Shown here: piece after piece, positions 19,255 through 28,980 of the stretch
Numbering within the stretch: the first letter of the stretch is position 1
Layout of the letters: each line of letters opens with the position of its first letter
Source of the DNA: a virus
IMG/VR virus record: IMGVR_UViG_3300022818_000051
Span: 1-64,000 of that record
Strand: one strand, 5' to 3'
DNA: 64,000 bases
The notes under the pieces: generated by a model
Databases searched by the model: none
Seen by the model: the letters and a program-made list of their open reading frames with translations, nothing else
What the model was told of the DNA's origin: nothing
Program-made: the position numbers and the translations under genes

Positions 19255-19437
19255 AGTGTAAGATGTACACTAATTAATAAGTGTACTATAAACACTAATT
19301 ATCGCAACTGGATACGAATTCGCAACTGGAATAAGTGTATTAATAACACTTGTTTCTCGCACCTCTTTTAAATGTACATTATACACTATATAATCAGTGT
19401 ACATAGAACACTAATAAATAAGTGTAGAATATACACT
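19255..19437. repeat. Array of six palindromic AGTGT-N7-ACACT sites, mostly 25-bp period
   Basis: Starts at 19255,19280,19334,19371(AATGT),19396,19421. Confidence 0.8.
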
Positions 19438-19974
19438 ATATCAACTGTATACGTATATGTAGTACTAATGTATAAGATGGCAAATAAGGCATAAATAAGC
19501 TTGTTTAAGACACGCAAAGGGTGCAAGGGTATAAACATATATCTGCATGTAAGATAGTGCAATATACGGCAAATGTTAACTATATAATACATTAATGTAA
19601 AGTGGGTATATGATGTATATATGTGATACATAGGTAGTTATAAGGGTGCAATATTAATTCTGCAATGTGTTAACGTTTATTAACATAGTAACTGGTATCA
19701 AATATGGGAATGTGTTGTAATATTGTGCATTGTTTAACTTAAAACATAAAGAAATGAAAACAAAAGTAGAATCAACAGGCCGGACTTTACGCGCCATTGT
19801 TACAACTGTAGTATATAAACACATCATACATGTACGTGTACAGTATGCAGATAGAAGCTCAGAAAGTCACATGTATAGGGTTTAACCTCAACCCCTGTTT
19901 AACCTCCTATAAAGGGAGGTGCAAATATCGGATATTTGACAGGGACAAATAACAACAATCTAAAACATAAAACA

Positions 19975-20190
19975 ATGAAAACAAACACAGAACGCGGCCA
20001 AATTTTCCAAAGACTTTTAGCCAAAGATGATAGTAATTTATGGCCTATTTGCAACAAATTTAATGTAACAAAAAGAGCCATAAACAGACTTTATAGGTTC
20101 GAGAAAAATTGGGGAGAAAAACTTGATGGGTTAGAACTTGAATTGTGGTTGGAAAACGAAATATCTATTATAGTTAATGAAACAGTTTAA
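19975..20190 (+). CDS. Hypothetical early protein
   Basis: ORF with A-rich leader; start at MKTNTE. Confidence 0.6.
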   Translation: MKTNTERGQIFQRLLAKDDSNLWPICNKFNVTKRAINRLYRFEKNWGEKLDGLELELWLENEISIIVNETV

Positions 20191-20397
20191 TAAGTCCGGA
20201 AGCGGCAAAAGAAAATGAAAACATTAACCATCATCCTACAGTCTTATCTAAACCATGAATACGGCCTTATAAAAATGGCTGAAGTAGTGAACATATACGG
20301 CCTGTATATGTGCTGCAAAAACGAAAACGGTAAAATGCACCTGAAAGCAAAAATCGGAAATGAAGTGATTGAAGTAACACTATAATAAATAAGCAAA

Positions 20398-20754
20398 ATG
20401 AAAACAACTAAAAAATGGTACGGTATTGATGCAAGTAACGAAATCTCTTTATTTGAATATGGGTTAATAGTTCGCAACATGAAAAATGACTTACAATGTA
20501 TTTATAAAAAAGGTGATTCATTTTTTTACGGCTGGTTTGATGCATCGGATTTTTTTACAGAGTCTTGGGTGAATTTAGACGATCTTTGCAGCTTTTCAGG
20601 GTGTACAATAGAAGACTATAAAAAAGACAGTCTAAATTTTTGTTTTGACTTACTACAGTATTATGGAGCTGAAAACGTCTTTGGTGGTACGTATATGAAT
20701 GGATACACCGAAAAGGAAATCAGAAAAACATTGAACAAAGCACTGAGGTATTAA
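20398..20754 (+). CDS. Hypothetical early protein
   Basis: 118-aa ORF, G.DAS.E.SL.EYG ... YYG.ENVFG. Confidence 0.7.
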   Translation: MKTTKKWYGIDASNEISLFEYGLIVRNMKNDLQCIYKKGDSFFYGWFDASDFFTESWVNLDDLCSFSGCTIEDYKKDSLNFCFDLLQYYGAENVFGGTYMNGYTEKEIRKTLNKALRY

Positions 20755-20877
20755 TTTAATAACCCGCAACAATGAAAAAACCATCTTCTTATAAACTCGC
20801 AATTTACGCAAACATCGCCACGTGGAGTTTTGCGGTTATTGAATTGATTTTTGTAATAATATTAAAAAATTAAACAA

Positions 20878-21171
20878 ATGAAAACAACAAAAGTGACTAC
20901 AAAAGTGATGTTCACGCATTCATACAGCAAAGAGTTTGGGTTTGAGATAACAAAAGATAAACCTGAACGCAAAGTTACTGTTTATTGGGTGTTTTTCAAT
21001 GATGAGATGGAAAACATAAAAATAGAATACACCACGTCGGATAAAAGGTATTGGGTTTTTTCAAGGTCTGAAAGTGTTGATACATGGCTGGAATCAGAAT
21101 TCTTTGACACAATGGATCAAGCCAAAGAGTATATTTTACAAAGTTATTTAAAAACAATAGAAATCAAATGA
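20878..21171 (+). CDS. Hypothetical early protein
   Basis: ORF in rightward small-gene cluster. Confidence 0.65.
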   Translation: MKTTKVTTKVMFTHSYSKEFGFEITKDKPERKVTVYWVFFNDEMENIKIEYTTSDKRYWVFSRSESVDTWLESEFFDTMDQAKEYILQSYLKTIEIK

Positions 21172-21362
21172 AACCCGGCATTACCGCAAAATTTGACCTA
21201 CTTTTTAAAGTGTATATAATAACCGCCACAACACCCGCCGGCAAAGCTCTACTATACACCTACAACAGCAAACTACATAAGAAGCACACATTTGTAACTG
21301 ACATAAATAATTTTGTCTCCTACGTGCTTAAAAACGGTTTGACTTTTGAAGAAATAATTTAA
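21168..21362 (+). CDS. Hypothetical early protein
   Basis: ATGA-coupled ORF. Confidence 0.55.
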   Translation: MKPGITAKFDLLFKVYIITATTPAGKALLYTYNSKLHKKHTFVTDINNFVSYVLKNGLTFEEII

Positions 21363-21374
21363 AACTAAATAATC

Positions 21375-21632
21375 ATGACATTCAAAAATAATCAAATTAG
21401 AAATTTAGACTTACAACTATTCAAACCTCTGAATAATAGTAGACTTGGTGTATCTGTAAAAATCATGCCTTCTAAAATTAAGGGTTGCTTTCAATCTAAT
21501 TTTTCAAGTGTAAAAATATCCATTGATAATTATTGCATCGGTAAAACATGTAATGGTTCTGATTTTTCAGAAAACGAAAGCATGGTAAAAAATATTGTTT
21601 TGAATTACTATAATAAATTTGAAGGATTATGA
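21375..21632 (+). CDS. Hypothetical early protein
   Basis: ORF in cluster. Confidence 0.55.
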   Translation: MTFKNNQIRNLDLQLFKPLNNSRLGVSVKIMPSKIKGCFQSNFSSVKISIDNYCIGKTCNGSDFSENESMVKNIVLNYYNKFEGL

Positions 21633-21770
21633 TACGCAAATTTACCCGCTTCTTAACCTCAGACAAACCGCTACAAATAACATTATGGGTTTGTATGGCT
21701 GCGATGATTGGAATGACTGTAATAGGACTGAATAAATAGGAATTGAACGATTAACTAATAAACGAACAAA

Positions 21771-22055
21771 ATGGAAACGAACAAAATGGAAACGAACAAA
21801 AAGTATAATCTACAGCATGAAAGGGAGTTTTATGAGGCTGCAAAGCTGAAAAAATGGGAGGTTTTGCCGCAAATGGACGGCTGCAATTTGAAAGTAGGTG
21901 ACTTGGTGACATTTACGAATGATGCCGGAAACGTATTTGAACACCATAAAGTATTGGGTTTCTGTGCACCCAAATATGATAGGTGTGTTTATATTAACTA
22001 TGACTGTTATTGGTTTCCAACAAAAATTAACAACTTAAAAATAGAAAAGAAATGA
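21771..22055 (+). CDS. Hypothetical early protein
   Basis: KVGD.VTFTND.G..F..H.V.GF ... YWFP; start region has tandem 15-bp repeat AAACGAACAAAATGG. Confidence 0.7.
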   Translation: METNKMETNKKYNLQHEREFYEAAKLKKWEVLPQMDGCNLKVGDLVTFTNDAGNVFEHHKVLGFCAPKYDRCVYINYDCYWFPTKINNLKIEKK

Positions 22056-22378
22056 AAACAAACTACAAAACCCGCTTAAAATCAATAGAAGAACTTCTTT
22101 ATTGGTTTATAAGCCACAAAACAAGTGAACACGAAAACAGGACAGGTATAAAAGTCAACTGTTACTTGATTTTAAACAATGATTATTTAACATCATTGAA
22201 TGGAATGCTGAAAAAGAACGGGTACATAGGGTTAACTTCTGATTTTTACTGGTTTAACGTCTTAACCTTATCAAGTGTGAGTTATTGTGAAGGTGATGTT
22301 TATATCCTGCTTTATGACAACGTCGAACAATACGAAAGCGAACTACAAAGAACAAAGGAATTTATAATAAATGGATAA
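22052..22378 (+). CDS. Hypothetical early protein
   Basis: ATGA-coupled; SYCEGD motif. Confidence 0.65.
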   Translation: MKTNYKTRLKSIEELLYWFISHKTSEHENRTGIKVNCYLILNNDYLTSLNGMLKKNGYIGLTSDFYWFNVLTLSSVSYCEGDVYILLYDNVEQYESELQRTKEFIING

Positions 22379-22607
22379 CATGGAAACAACAACAAAATAT
22401 TGTGAGTATTCGGATACTATCAGAATAATGCCACAAAATTACTGTTTACTTTACAGAAACGGCGGCGCATGGACTTTATATTTTGATGCCGCAATTAGTC
22501 CAGAAATACTACATAAAACACTGGATTTTCTTTTGATTCATACAAATAAGTTTCAAAAGGATGGGGACAGGACAGCAAACGAATTGAATGAGTTTTTAAA
22601 CAAATAA
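22371..22607 (+). CDS. Hypothetical early protein
   Basis: Coupled ORF. Confidence 0.55.
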   Translation: MDNMETTTKYCEYSDTIRIMPQNYCLLYRNGGAWTLYFDAAISPEILHKTLDFLLIHTNKFQKDGDRTANELNEFLNK

Positions 22608-22620
22608 TAAATAAACGAAC

Positions 22621-22959
22621 ATGAAAGGATTAACAGTTGAAGTCTATAGGGACACAATAACAGGCAATTGCAGCATGGACGGCATTACAAGCAGAGTGAA
22701 CCATATTTTACTGGTAGACGGCAAAATGGGCGGGTTGTACGAGCCAAAGGAGGATGAGGTGTATTTGAGACTTATAAGACGGCAAATATGGTCAAATAGG
22801 CCTGAATATATCCATGCCGTCCCAATGGTGAACGGCCACGAATTATGTCCGTCGGGTTGTTCCCCTTGCTTCGGCGGCTGCTTTGTTTATAGTTCTGATT
22901 CAAGGTTTCACGAATTGAACGATTACCCAATTCCTGTACATGACAGGTTTGAACATTAA
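22621..22959 (+). CDS. Conserved phage hypothetical protein
   Basis: FGG.F..SSDSRF....PIPVHDR.E motif common in phage early genes. Confidence 0.75.
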   Translation: MKGLTVEVYRDTITGNCSMDGITSRVNHILLVDGKMGGLYEPKEDEVYLRLIRRQIWSNRPEYIHAVPMVNGHELCPSGCSPCFGGCFVYSSDSRFHELNDYPIPVHDRFEH

Positions 22960-23228
22960 TAATTAACCAACAACTAAACAAATGAAAACAAACATAATCA
23001 CTGGTGTTGACCCCTCCCGCGTCCAGCAGAATAAACCCGCATTTTTTGTAAGCTGGACGGAAAACGAACAACGGCAATATTTCTTTCATTCGCTAAGGTT
23101 CGTTATTGAGGATAAAGCGAATGAGTTAAGAGGGAGCAGCACAGCCAAACCCGCATGAACAGGGCAAAGATTACAAATGTATACAACGAATTTACAAAAG
23201 TTATCAACACAATTAACAAAACGAAACG

Positions 23229-23435
23229 ATGAAAAGATTAACAGAATCAGACAAATTTGACATCATCCTGTCTAAAAACAGGCTTGCAAGAGAATTGAAA
23301 CGGCTTTATCAGATGGTAGGTGAACGGCCAAATAATTCGGTGACACTGTTTGACCTGTCCGAAATTGAACGGGCAACAGGAACAATGAATCAGCCTGATT
23401 GTGAGGAAATACTGTGTTCGGAAATGGATATTTAA
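23229..23435 (+). CDS. Hypothetical early protein
   Basis: ORF in cluster. Confidence 0.55.
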   Translation: MKRLTESDKFDIILSKNRLARELKRLYQMVGERPNNSVTLFDLSEIERATGTMNQPDCEEILCSEMDI

Positions 23436-23456
23436 CTATTAAAACAGCAAAAAACA

Positions 23457-23804
23457 ATGAAAACAATTAGAAAAACAGGCACAAAGGCAACCTATTTTAA
23501 AGGCAATTTCTATCTATATGAATGCGGAGCAAACTGGGCTTCACCAATAAGCTTTCCTACAGTTTTTGTAGCTTATGGCAAAGGTGTTTGCTCAGGATAT
23601 TGGCAGGCTTGCACTGGAATAAATACGCCCGAATATGTTATCAACCATTATTTCAATAGAGAAAGAGGCATACTAAATAATTTTTGGGACAGTGTTTTTG
23701 ATTTGGAAAAAATAACATGGGCGGATGTCAATGCGGATAAACAGAATGTATTGAATTTAATTAATCTTGCCAATAACGAACTTTTAAAACTAAACGAATT
23801 ATGA
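23457..23804 (+). CDS. Hypothetical early protein
   Basis: ORF in cluster. Confidence 0.65.
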   Translation: MKTIRKTGTKATYFKGNFYLYECGANWASPISFPTVFVAYGKGVCSGYWQACTGINTPEYVINHYFNRERGILNNFWDSVFDLEKITWADVNADKQNVLNLINLANNELLKLNEL

Positions 23805-24139
23805 GAACAAAACTAACAGAACAACAAATTTACGAAGTTATTTGCAGTGTTCGGGATTATTATTTAACAGAAAAACCCTTAGATTATGGATTCTGTTTTA
23901 TATTAATAATCCGCCATAATCTTTTCTATAGCAGGGAAAAAAAACCCTATCTTGATTTTATCCGAAAATATGGCAACTTTCACAAACGGATATTTTTTAG
24001 AAGCAGCGATGATAATGATGCTAAAACCAAAGACAACACGCAGTTTTGGTTTCCACAGCGGGCGATTCAGCCCCGCATTGACCTGCTGAACAAGGCAATT
24101 AGTAATTATCTGAACAGCTTAACACAACCCGAACCATGA
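23801..24139 (+). CDS. Hypothetical early protein
   Basis: ATGA-coupled ORF. Confidence 0.65.
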   Translation: MRTKLTEQQIYEVICSVRDYYLTEKPLDYGFCFILIIRHNLFYSREKKPYLDFIRKYGNFHKRIFFRSSDDNDAKTKDNTQFWFPQRAIQPRIDLLNKAISNYLNSLTQPEP

Positions 24140-24354
24140 ACCCCCACGAAATCGAACAAATCCTGCGCGAAAACATTGCCGCATTGGATAAGCTGAAGGA
24201 AATATATGACGAGTATTTCTTGCCCGGAAATGATGAAATCATACTGTCTACCGTCGCCGATTGTGACCTAATCCACGCTGATGACATTAACCCTTATTGG
24301 GTTGACGAGAAACTGAACGAGTTAAGAAATAAATTATTATCTTTACCGCTATGA
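24136..24354 (+). CDS. Hypothetical early protein
   Basis: ATGA-coupled ORF. Confidence 0.6.
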   Translation: MNPHEIEQILRENIAALDKLKEIYDEYFLPGNDEIILSTVADCDLIHADDINPYWVDEKLNELRNKLLSLPL

Positions 24355-24563
24355 CCCTCTCCGATATCCGCCGCATGGTACAGCAGGGCATCGCTGTGCA
24401 TTACCTAAACAACCAGTACGCCGTCGAACAGCTTGGCCGTGAACTGATTGTACGAAACATAAACACCCGCGACCATTTTTTCTTGACCGATTCAACAGGT
24501 ATTGTGCTGAACGGGAGGGAGGAATGGTTTTATAAAGAAAAAGAAACAACAGCTAAAAACTAA
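24351..24563 (+). CDS. Hypothetical early protein
   Basis: ATGA-coupled ORF. Confidence 0.6.
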   Translation: MTLSDIRRMVQQGIAVHYLNNQYAVEQLGRELIVRNINTRDHFFLTDSTGIVLNGREEWFYKEKETTAKN

Positions 24564-24573
24564 ACGAAACAAG

Positions 24574-24963
24574 ATGGAAACGACAAAACTAAAAGAAATA
24601 ATCGCAAAATATAAATCTTTATTGATTGCAAAAGAAGGGGATGAATTTATTTTTATCTCCAACACGAACAAAGGATGGGTTAATGCGTTTGAAAAAGAAT
24701 GCGAAGACGCTGGAATAAATTTATACTACACAACTGCTTGGGGCGGGAAGGATTATAAAATATATAAGGAATTGGAAAAACAAACCAAACTAAAAGAAAC
24801 ATGGAACACAATGACTGTTCCCGACTTGTGCATCTCGTGTCATGCCGAACCCCGCTATACCGCCGCCGAAATACTCGCCGCCGCTGAAGAGGGAGAAGTG
24901 TGCATGATAGATGCTGAATATATAGTAACGGTATTGCAAAGAACTAAAACAACTGAAAAATGA
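24574..24963 (+). CDS. Hypothetical early protein
   Basis: ORF in cluster. Confidence 0.6.
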   Translation: METTKLKEIIAKYKSLLIAKEGDEFIFISNTNKGWVNAFEKECEDAGINLYYTTAWGGKDYKIYKELEKQTKLKETWNTMTVPDLCISCHAEPRYTAAEILAAAEEGEVCMIDAEYIVTVLQRTKTTEK

Positions 24964-25181
24964 AAAAGCCAACTCTTTATTATCTCATTTCCTGCATCAC
25001 CGATGGTGCATGGGGAATCTATGCCACGTCTGACAACCCAAAACAACTCGGACAAGTGGCCGTATCTGAACTGACCTTAAACGCTGAATCACAGGAAGGG
25101 TGGTTTCTGCGTGAACTATTGAAGAATGTGAAAATTGTGTCTGAAAAAGAGGCGCGGAAATATGGAATTGTAACGAAATAA
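24960..25181 (+). CDS. Hypothetical early protein
   Basis: ATGA-coupled ORF. Confidence 0.6.
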   Translation: MKKPTLYYLISCITDGAWGIYATSDNPKQLGQVAVSELTLNAESQEGWFLRELLKNVKIVSEKEARKYGIVTK

Positions 25182-25450
25182 AACGAAACAAAATGTGGAA
25201 AAGTATAATGATTATTGCGTTAATATGCGCAGGGTTACAATGGTTTCTATTTGCCCTGTGTCTACACACTCAGGGGCGTTTTAGCTGGGTTATATTCGTG
25301 CAAGCAATTGTGTGGACATTATGGGGGATATACTGTGTTTATCGTAATCATAAATTTTATAAAAACTAATATCATGTGGCTAATAACAGTACTTATAATC
25401 GTGTTCGGCGTATTGCTGGGCATAGGGGAGATATTTAAATAACAAATGAA

Positions 25451-25648
25451 ATGAAAAAAGGATTAATTATTACAAAAAACCTATGTATGTATATTATAGG
25501 TGTTATAATTTTCGCAGTGATTCTTCATTTACCTACAAAAGAACCATTGCCCGAGTGTTTTTCAATTATTGTCGGTATCTTATGGGCTGTCTTTTTTTGG
25601 ACAAAGGCAATATTAGAGTTAATAAATATAAAGGAGGACGGCAAATGA
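25451..25648 (+). CDS. Small membrane protein (2 TM); one of several tiny hydrophobic ORFs at 25.2-25.8 kb
   Basis: Two hydrophobic stretches. Confidence 0.55.
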   Translation: MKKGLIITKNLCMYIIGVIIFAVILHLPTKEPLPECFSIIVGILWAVFFWTKAILELINIKEDGK

Positions 25649-25964
25649 AAACCCAATTCATCCTGTCCATCGCCGCTACATTTGCGGCATGGTATGTCTA
25701 TCAGGCGACCGAATGGAACGTGGCATTGTGTGCCGCAATAGTACTGTCCTGCTATGCAGGGTGGTGTGTTTATCGGTTCATGAAAAACTAAACGAAAATG
25801 AAAAAACTAATAGCAAAAATCAGATGGCGTTTAGCCCTAAAGAAAATAACCCTGCCCGAAGCCGAATGGAAGGCTGGTAGATGTCTAAAATGCGATGGAT
25901 ACCCCAAATGCCCCGAATTCGGATGTCCCTGTAATTTTCATCAGTGTCTTATATTTAGAAAGCC

Positions 25965-26714
25965 ATGATATACAAATATATTCGCTTCAGCACCGATTCT
26001 CAAGATCAGAAGCAACAGGAGCACACAATAGACGCATGGCTCGCTGCACGTGGAATGACGGCGGACAATACAGTCAAGGATGAGGGTGTGTCTGGTGGTG
26101 TGTCCTATAAGTCCCGAAATCTTTTGGGGCTTGTGCGGTCGCTGGCTCTGGGCGATACCCTGATAGTCTCCGAGATAAGCCGAATAACCCGTTCAGGCTT
26201 TGGGGAATTAAACGAACTGATTCAGAAATATTTCAAACCCAATCGCCTCAGGCTGGTAATCTGCAACGTGGGACTGGACATAAACTGCTCATCCATTGAT
26301 GCCATGACCGAATTGCAACTGTCCATGCTGGCGATATTCGCAAAAATGGAAAAGGAACTGATTGTCGGGCGGACGATTGCTGGACTGGGTGCGAGGCGTG
26401 AGCTATTGAAAAAGAACGGCGGCTGGACATCAAAGGCAGGCAACTGGACGACTGGATTTGGCGCACCCAAAGGTCGCCGCTTGTGCGAACTGGCGTCGGA
26501 CAATTCCGTAGCAACAAGGCGCAAAAAAGTATCGGACGACCCGCAGCGGCGACAACTATACGAACTGATACAAAATCTGCGCTCCCGTGGCGACACAATG
26601 CAGGCGATTACAGACACTCTGAATAATCTTGGATACAAAGCACCAAAGGGCGGGCTATGGACGCAGGGACAGGTATCAAGGGTGGTGAATGAAGAGGGGA
26701 AATATTTTGACTAA
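25965..26714 (+). CDS. Serine recombinase (resolvase/invertase family) with C-terminal recombinase-type HTH
   Basis: YIRFSTDSQ (catalytic Ser), DEGVSG, GDTLIVSEISRITR, E...I..RT.AGL, LN..G.....GG.W. Confidence 0.9.
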   Translation: MIYKYIRFSTDSQDQKQQEHTIDAWLAARGMTADNTVKDEGVSGGVSYKSRNLLGLVRSLALGDTLIVSEISRITRSGFGELNELIQKYFKPNRLRLVICNVGLDINCSSIDAMTELQLSMLAIFAKMEKELIVGRTIAGLGARRELLKKNGGWTSKAGNWTTGFGAPKGRRLCELASDNSVATRRKKVSDDPQRRQLYELIQNLRSRGDTMQAITDTLNNLGYKAPKGGLWTQGQVSRVVNEEGKYFD

Positions 26715-26797
26715 TAAGCGAAACCCGTCAGGGATTCTCAAAAACAGGAAGTGAAACGTATCAAAAACAGGTAATGAAACTTAATAAATGAACGAAT

Positions 26798-27043
26798 ATG
26801 AAAAAATTTAATGTCAACGACAAGATGTACATCCAAATTACTGAAAAAGGATGGAAGCATTTAAAAGAAACAGTGGGCGATGACTATGTTAAGCATTGCA
26901 TTAAGCCTTATGAGGTAACGAGAAACGGCGAAACGTGGTACAACCTCCAGTGTTGGGGTGCATTTGATTTGCTTCCGAGTAATTTTGGTGGACAGCCATT
27001 ATTTAAGACAAATGTGATGTTCGATGATGATGTTTTATCATGA
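26798..27043 (+). CDS. Hypothetical protein
   Basis: FNVND....ITEKG pattern. Confidence 0.65.
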   Translation: MKKFNVNDKMYIQITEKGWKHLKETVGDDYVKHCIKPYEVTRNGETWYNLQCWGAFDLLPSNFGGQPLFKTNVMFDDDVLS

Positions 27044-27212
27044 AAGCAATTATCGAAATCAAACCCGACAGTCAAAATACTGGCATCTGGTTTATGAAAG
27101 GCAGAACAAATATCACATGGGACGACCTGAGTAGGGAAGAACAGGTGGCGATACTGAATGAGATGCTCGGATTCTACGACTTGTTTGTGGGGTGCGTAAA
27201 ACCCGAACCATC

Positions 27213-27416
27213 ATGAAAAACTATATGTGGGCTGTACATACTGGCCTGATATACCATGAAGGATTTGTCACGTCCGTATATGATAGGAAACAGGATGCTG
27301 AACGTGACATTCGGGCTAATGGATGCAGGTTTGACAAGAAGCAGGGTATATTTGTGAATGACAGGCAGTGTCTGTGGTGGTATGAAATCAAGAAGGTGGA
27401 TAGGAATGTGTTATAG
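27213..27416 (+). CDS. Hypothetical protein
   Basis: ORF, start at MKNYMW. Confidence 0.55.
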   Translation: MKNYMWAVHTGLIYHEGFVTSVYDRKQDAERDIRANGCRFDKKQGIFVNDRQCLWWYEIKKVDRNVL

Positions 27417-27419
27417 TAT

Positions 27420-27510
27420 GTTAAAAACGTTAAATAGATAGGATAAGTGAAATGAATGTAGTAATTTTGATAAAAAGTAGAATATGACCGACCCATCCCT
27501 TCCCCGCACC
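27420..27510 (+). promoter_or_regulatory. Promoter/start cassette, copy 1 of an imperfect ~90-bp repeat
   Basis: GTTAAA..GATAGGATAA.TGAA...AGTAATTTTGA..AAAA.TAGA..ATG; contains TAATTTTG -7 box. Confidence 0.65.
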
Positions 27511-27723
27511 TTTATAATAGACTACACTGTCTATTTCCTGAACGGACAATCCGAACAGCACACGACCAAAGTTAAGGGTTGCACGACCGACCTGTTCGCT
27601 AAGTTAAAACTCGAAGTTTGGCTATGTAAAAAATATTCGGGAATGGAGCGGATGGAAATACAAAAGTGCAGGGAGTGGACGGCGGTGAATGAATTATTTA
27701 ACGGATTTGGAATGAAATTTTGA
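27484..27723 (+). CDS. Hypothetical protein
   Basis: ORF after promoter cassette; stop codon abuts IS right end. Confidence 0.6.
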   Translation: MTDPSLPRTFIIDYTVYFLNGQSEQHTTKVKGCTTDLFAKLKLEVWLCKKYSGMERMEIQKCREWTAVNELFNGFGMKF

Positions 27724-27870
27724 ACGCCTATCCCCTGAAAGGCTAGCCTCAAGGACTAAACCAAAAGTTTAACCTTGAATTTTTCTTCCTTCATAGTCCC
27801 GGCTAATGCTGGCAACTCCAGAAGCTCTTCGGGGCGTTCCACCCCTGAATATTTTAGTAATCCCCAATCC
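27700..27870 (-). ncRNA. Putative omegaRNA (reRNA) overlapping tnpB 3' end; guide inferred to be the flank 27719-27700
   Basis: Established TnpB architecture; right-end hairpin seen; limits inferred. Confidence 0.5.
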
Positions 27871-28975
27871 AAAATATTGAGAGCAGCATTTTTATCACGC
27901 AATACCAACTCCCCACACTTGGGGCAAATCCATGTTCGATCTGCAAGGGTTAAATCCTTATTGATATATCCACATCTATTATGTATTTTGCTACTGGGGT
28001 CGAATCGTCCTATTTCGAGTACATTCTTTCCCCTCCATTCTGATTTATATTTCAAAAATGTCACAAACATCCCCCAACCTGCATCACTAATGGATAGGGC
28101 GAGATGATGATTTTTTATCATATTTTTCGGGGATAAATTCTCAATGCAAATAGTATCATATTGCTTGGTTATTGCATCTGACGCTTTATGCAAGAAATCC
28201 TTTCTTTGGTTGGTTACTTTTTCGTATAATTTGGCTACTTTGTAATTTGCTTCTTTGCGATTATTGCTTCCTTTTAATTTACGAGAAGCCCTATGTTGCA
28301 ACACTTTTAATCTTTTCAAGGATTTTCGCAAACATTTTGGGTTCTCAATTTCAGCACCATTAGAGAGTACCGCAAAAGTTTTTATTCCTAAATCAATACC
28401 TATGGATGTTTTTTTGTCCATAGGCTTTTTATCTGGTATATTAATTCCTGTTTCGATTAGTATGGAGACGAAATATTTATTGGTCGGGGTTTTACTAATA
28501 GTTGCGCTTCGGATGATTCCATTTAATGGACGGCAGAGTACCATCTTGATTCCATTTTTGAATTTTGGAATGTATAAGCAATCGCTTTTAATGGTTATTT
28601 TCTGTGGGCAATGAAATGACTGATTATTGGATTTCTTTTTAAAGTTTGGGAATTTAGCTCGGCCTTTGAAAAAATTATTATATGCGCTATCTAAATTAAG
28701 TAGGGAATATTGCAATGATTGACTATTAACCTCTCTTAACCATTCATGTTCAACCTTTAATCCCCTTAATTGCGCTTGTAAATCATATCTGGAAAGAGTA
28801 ATTCCTGATGTTGAATATGCCTCTGTTTTTCTGCTTAATGCAAGATTGTAGATAAATCGGACACAACCAAAATGTTTAGCCATTAATTCCTTTTGGGAAT
28901 TATCAGGATATAGTCGATATTTATTAGCCTTCAACATATAACAAAGGTACAATAAATATTTAACAAAAACAAGCA
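27720..28975 (-). mobile_element. IS200/IS605-superfamily solo-TnpB (IS1341-like) element; left boundary approximate
   Basis: tnpB with no adjacent tnpA; subterminal hairpin TCCTTGAGGC/GCCTTTCAGGGGA followed by ...GTTCAA right-end motif. Confidence 0.7.
27756..28937 (-). CDS. tnpB: RNA-guided endonuclease TnpB
   Basis: KYRLYP, FGCVRFIYN, GIDLG (RuvC-I D), IENL (RuvC-II E), Zn finger HNRCG..CPKCG, RDKNAALNI (RuvC-III D); TACCTTTG -7 box 4 nt before ATG. Confidence 0.95.
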   Translation of the reverse strand: MLKANKYRLYPDNSQKELMAKHFGCVRFIYNLALSRKTEAYSTSGITLSRYDLQAQLRGLKVEHEWLREVNSQSLQYSLLNLDSAYNNFFKGRAKFPNFKKKSNNQSFHCPQKITIKSDCLYIPKFKNGIKMVLCRPLNGIIRSATISKTPTNKYFVSILIETGINIPDKKPMDKKTSIGIDLGIKTFAVLSNGAEIENPKCLRKSLKRLKVLQHRASRKLKGSNNRKEANYKVAKLYEKVTNQRKDFLHKASDAITKQYDTICIENLSPKNMIKNHHLALSISDAGWGMFVTFLKYKSEWRGKNVLEIGRFDPSSKIHNRCGYINKDLTLADRTWICPKCGELVLRDKNAALNILDWGLLKYSGVERPEELLELPALAGTMKEEKFKVKLLV

Positions 28976-28980
28976 TTTTG

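Noticed and set aside
17950-19750. CRISPR or TIGR-like array in the long non-coding region
   Set aside because: No 25-40 nt repeats with unique spacers and no Cas/Nop-domain gene; repeats are short iterons and palindromes. ORFs 18094..18384 and 19386..19631 are treated as spurious.
25965-28937. Serine recombinase plus tnpB as an IS607 element
   Set aside because: Genes are on opposite strands, separated by phage genes, and the recombinase lacks the N-terminal MerR-like HTH of IS607 TnpA.
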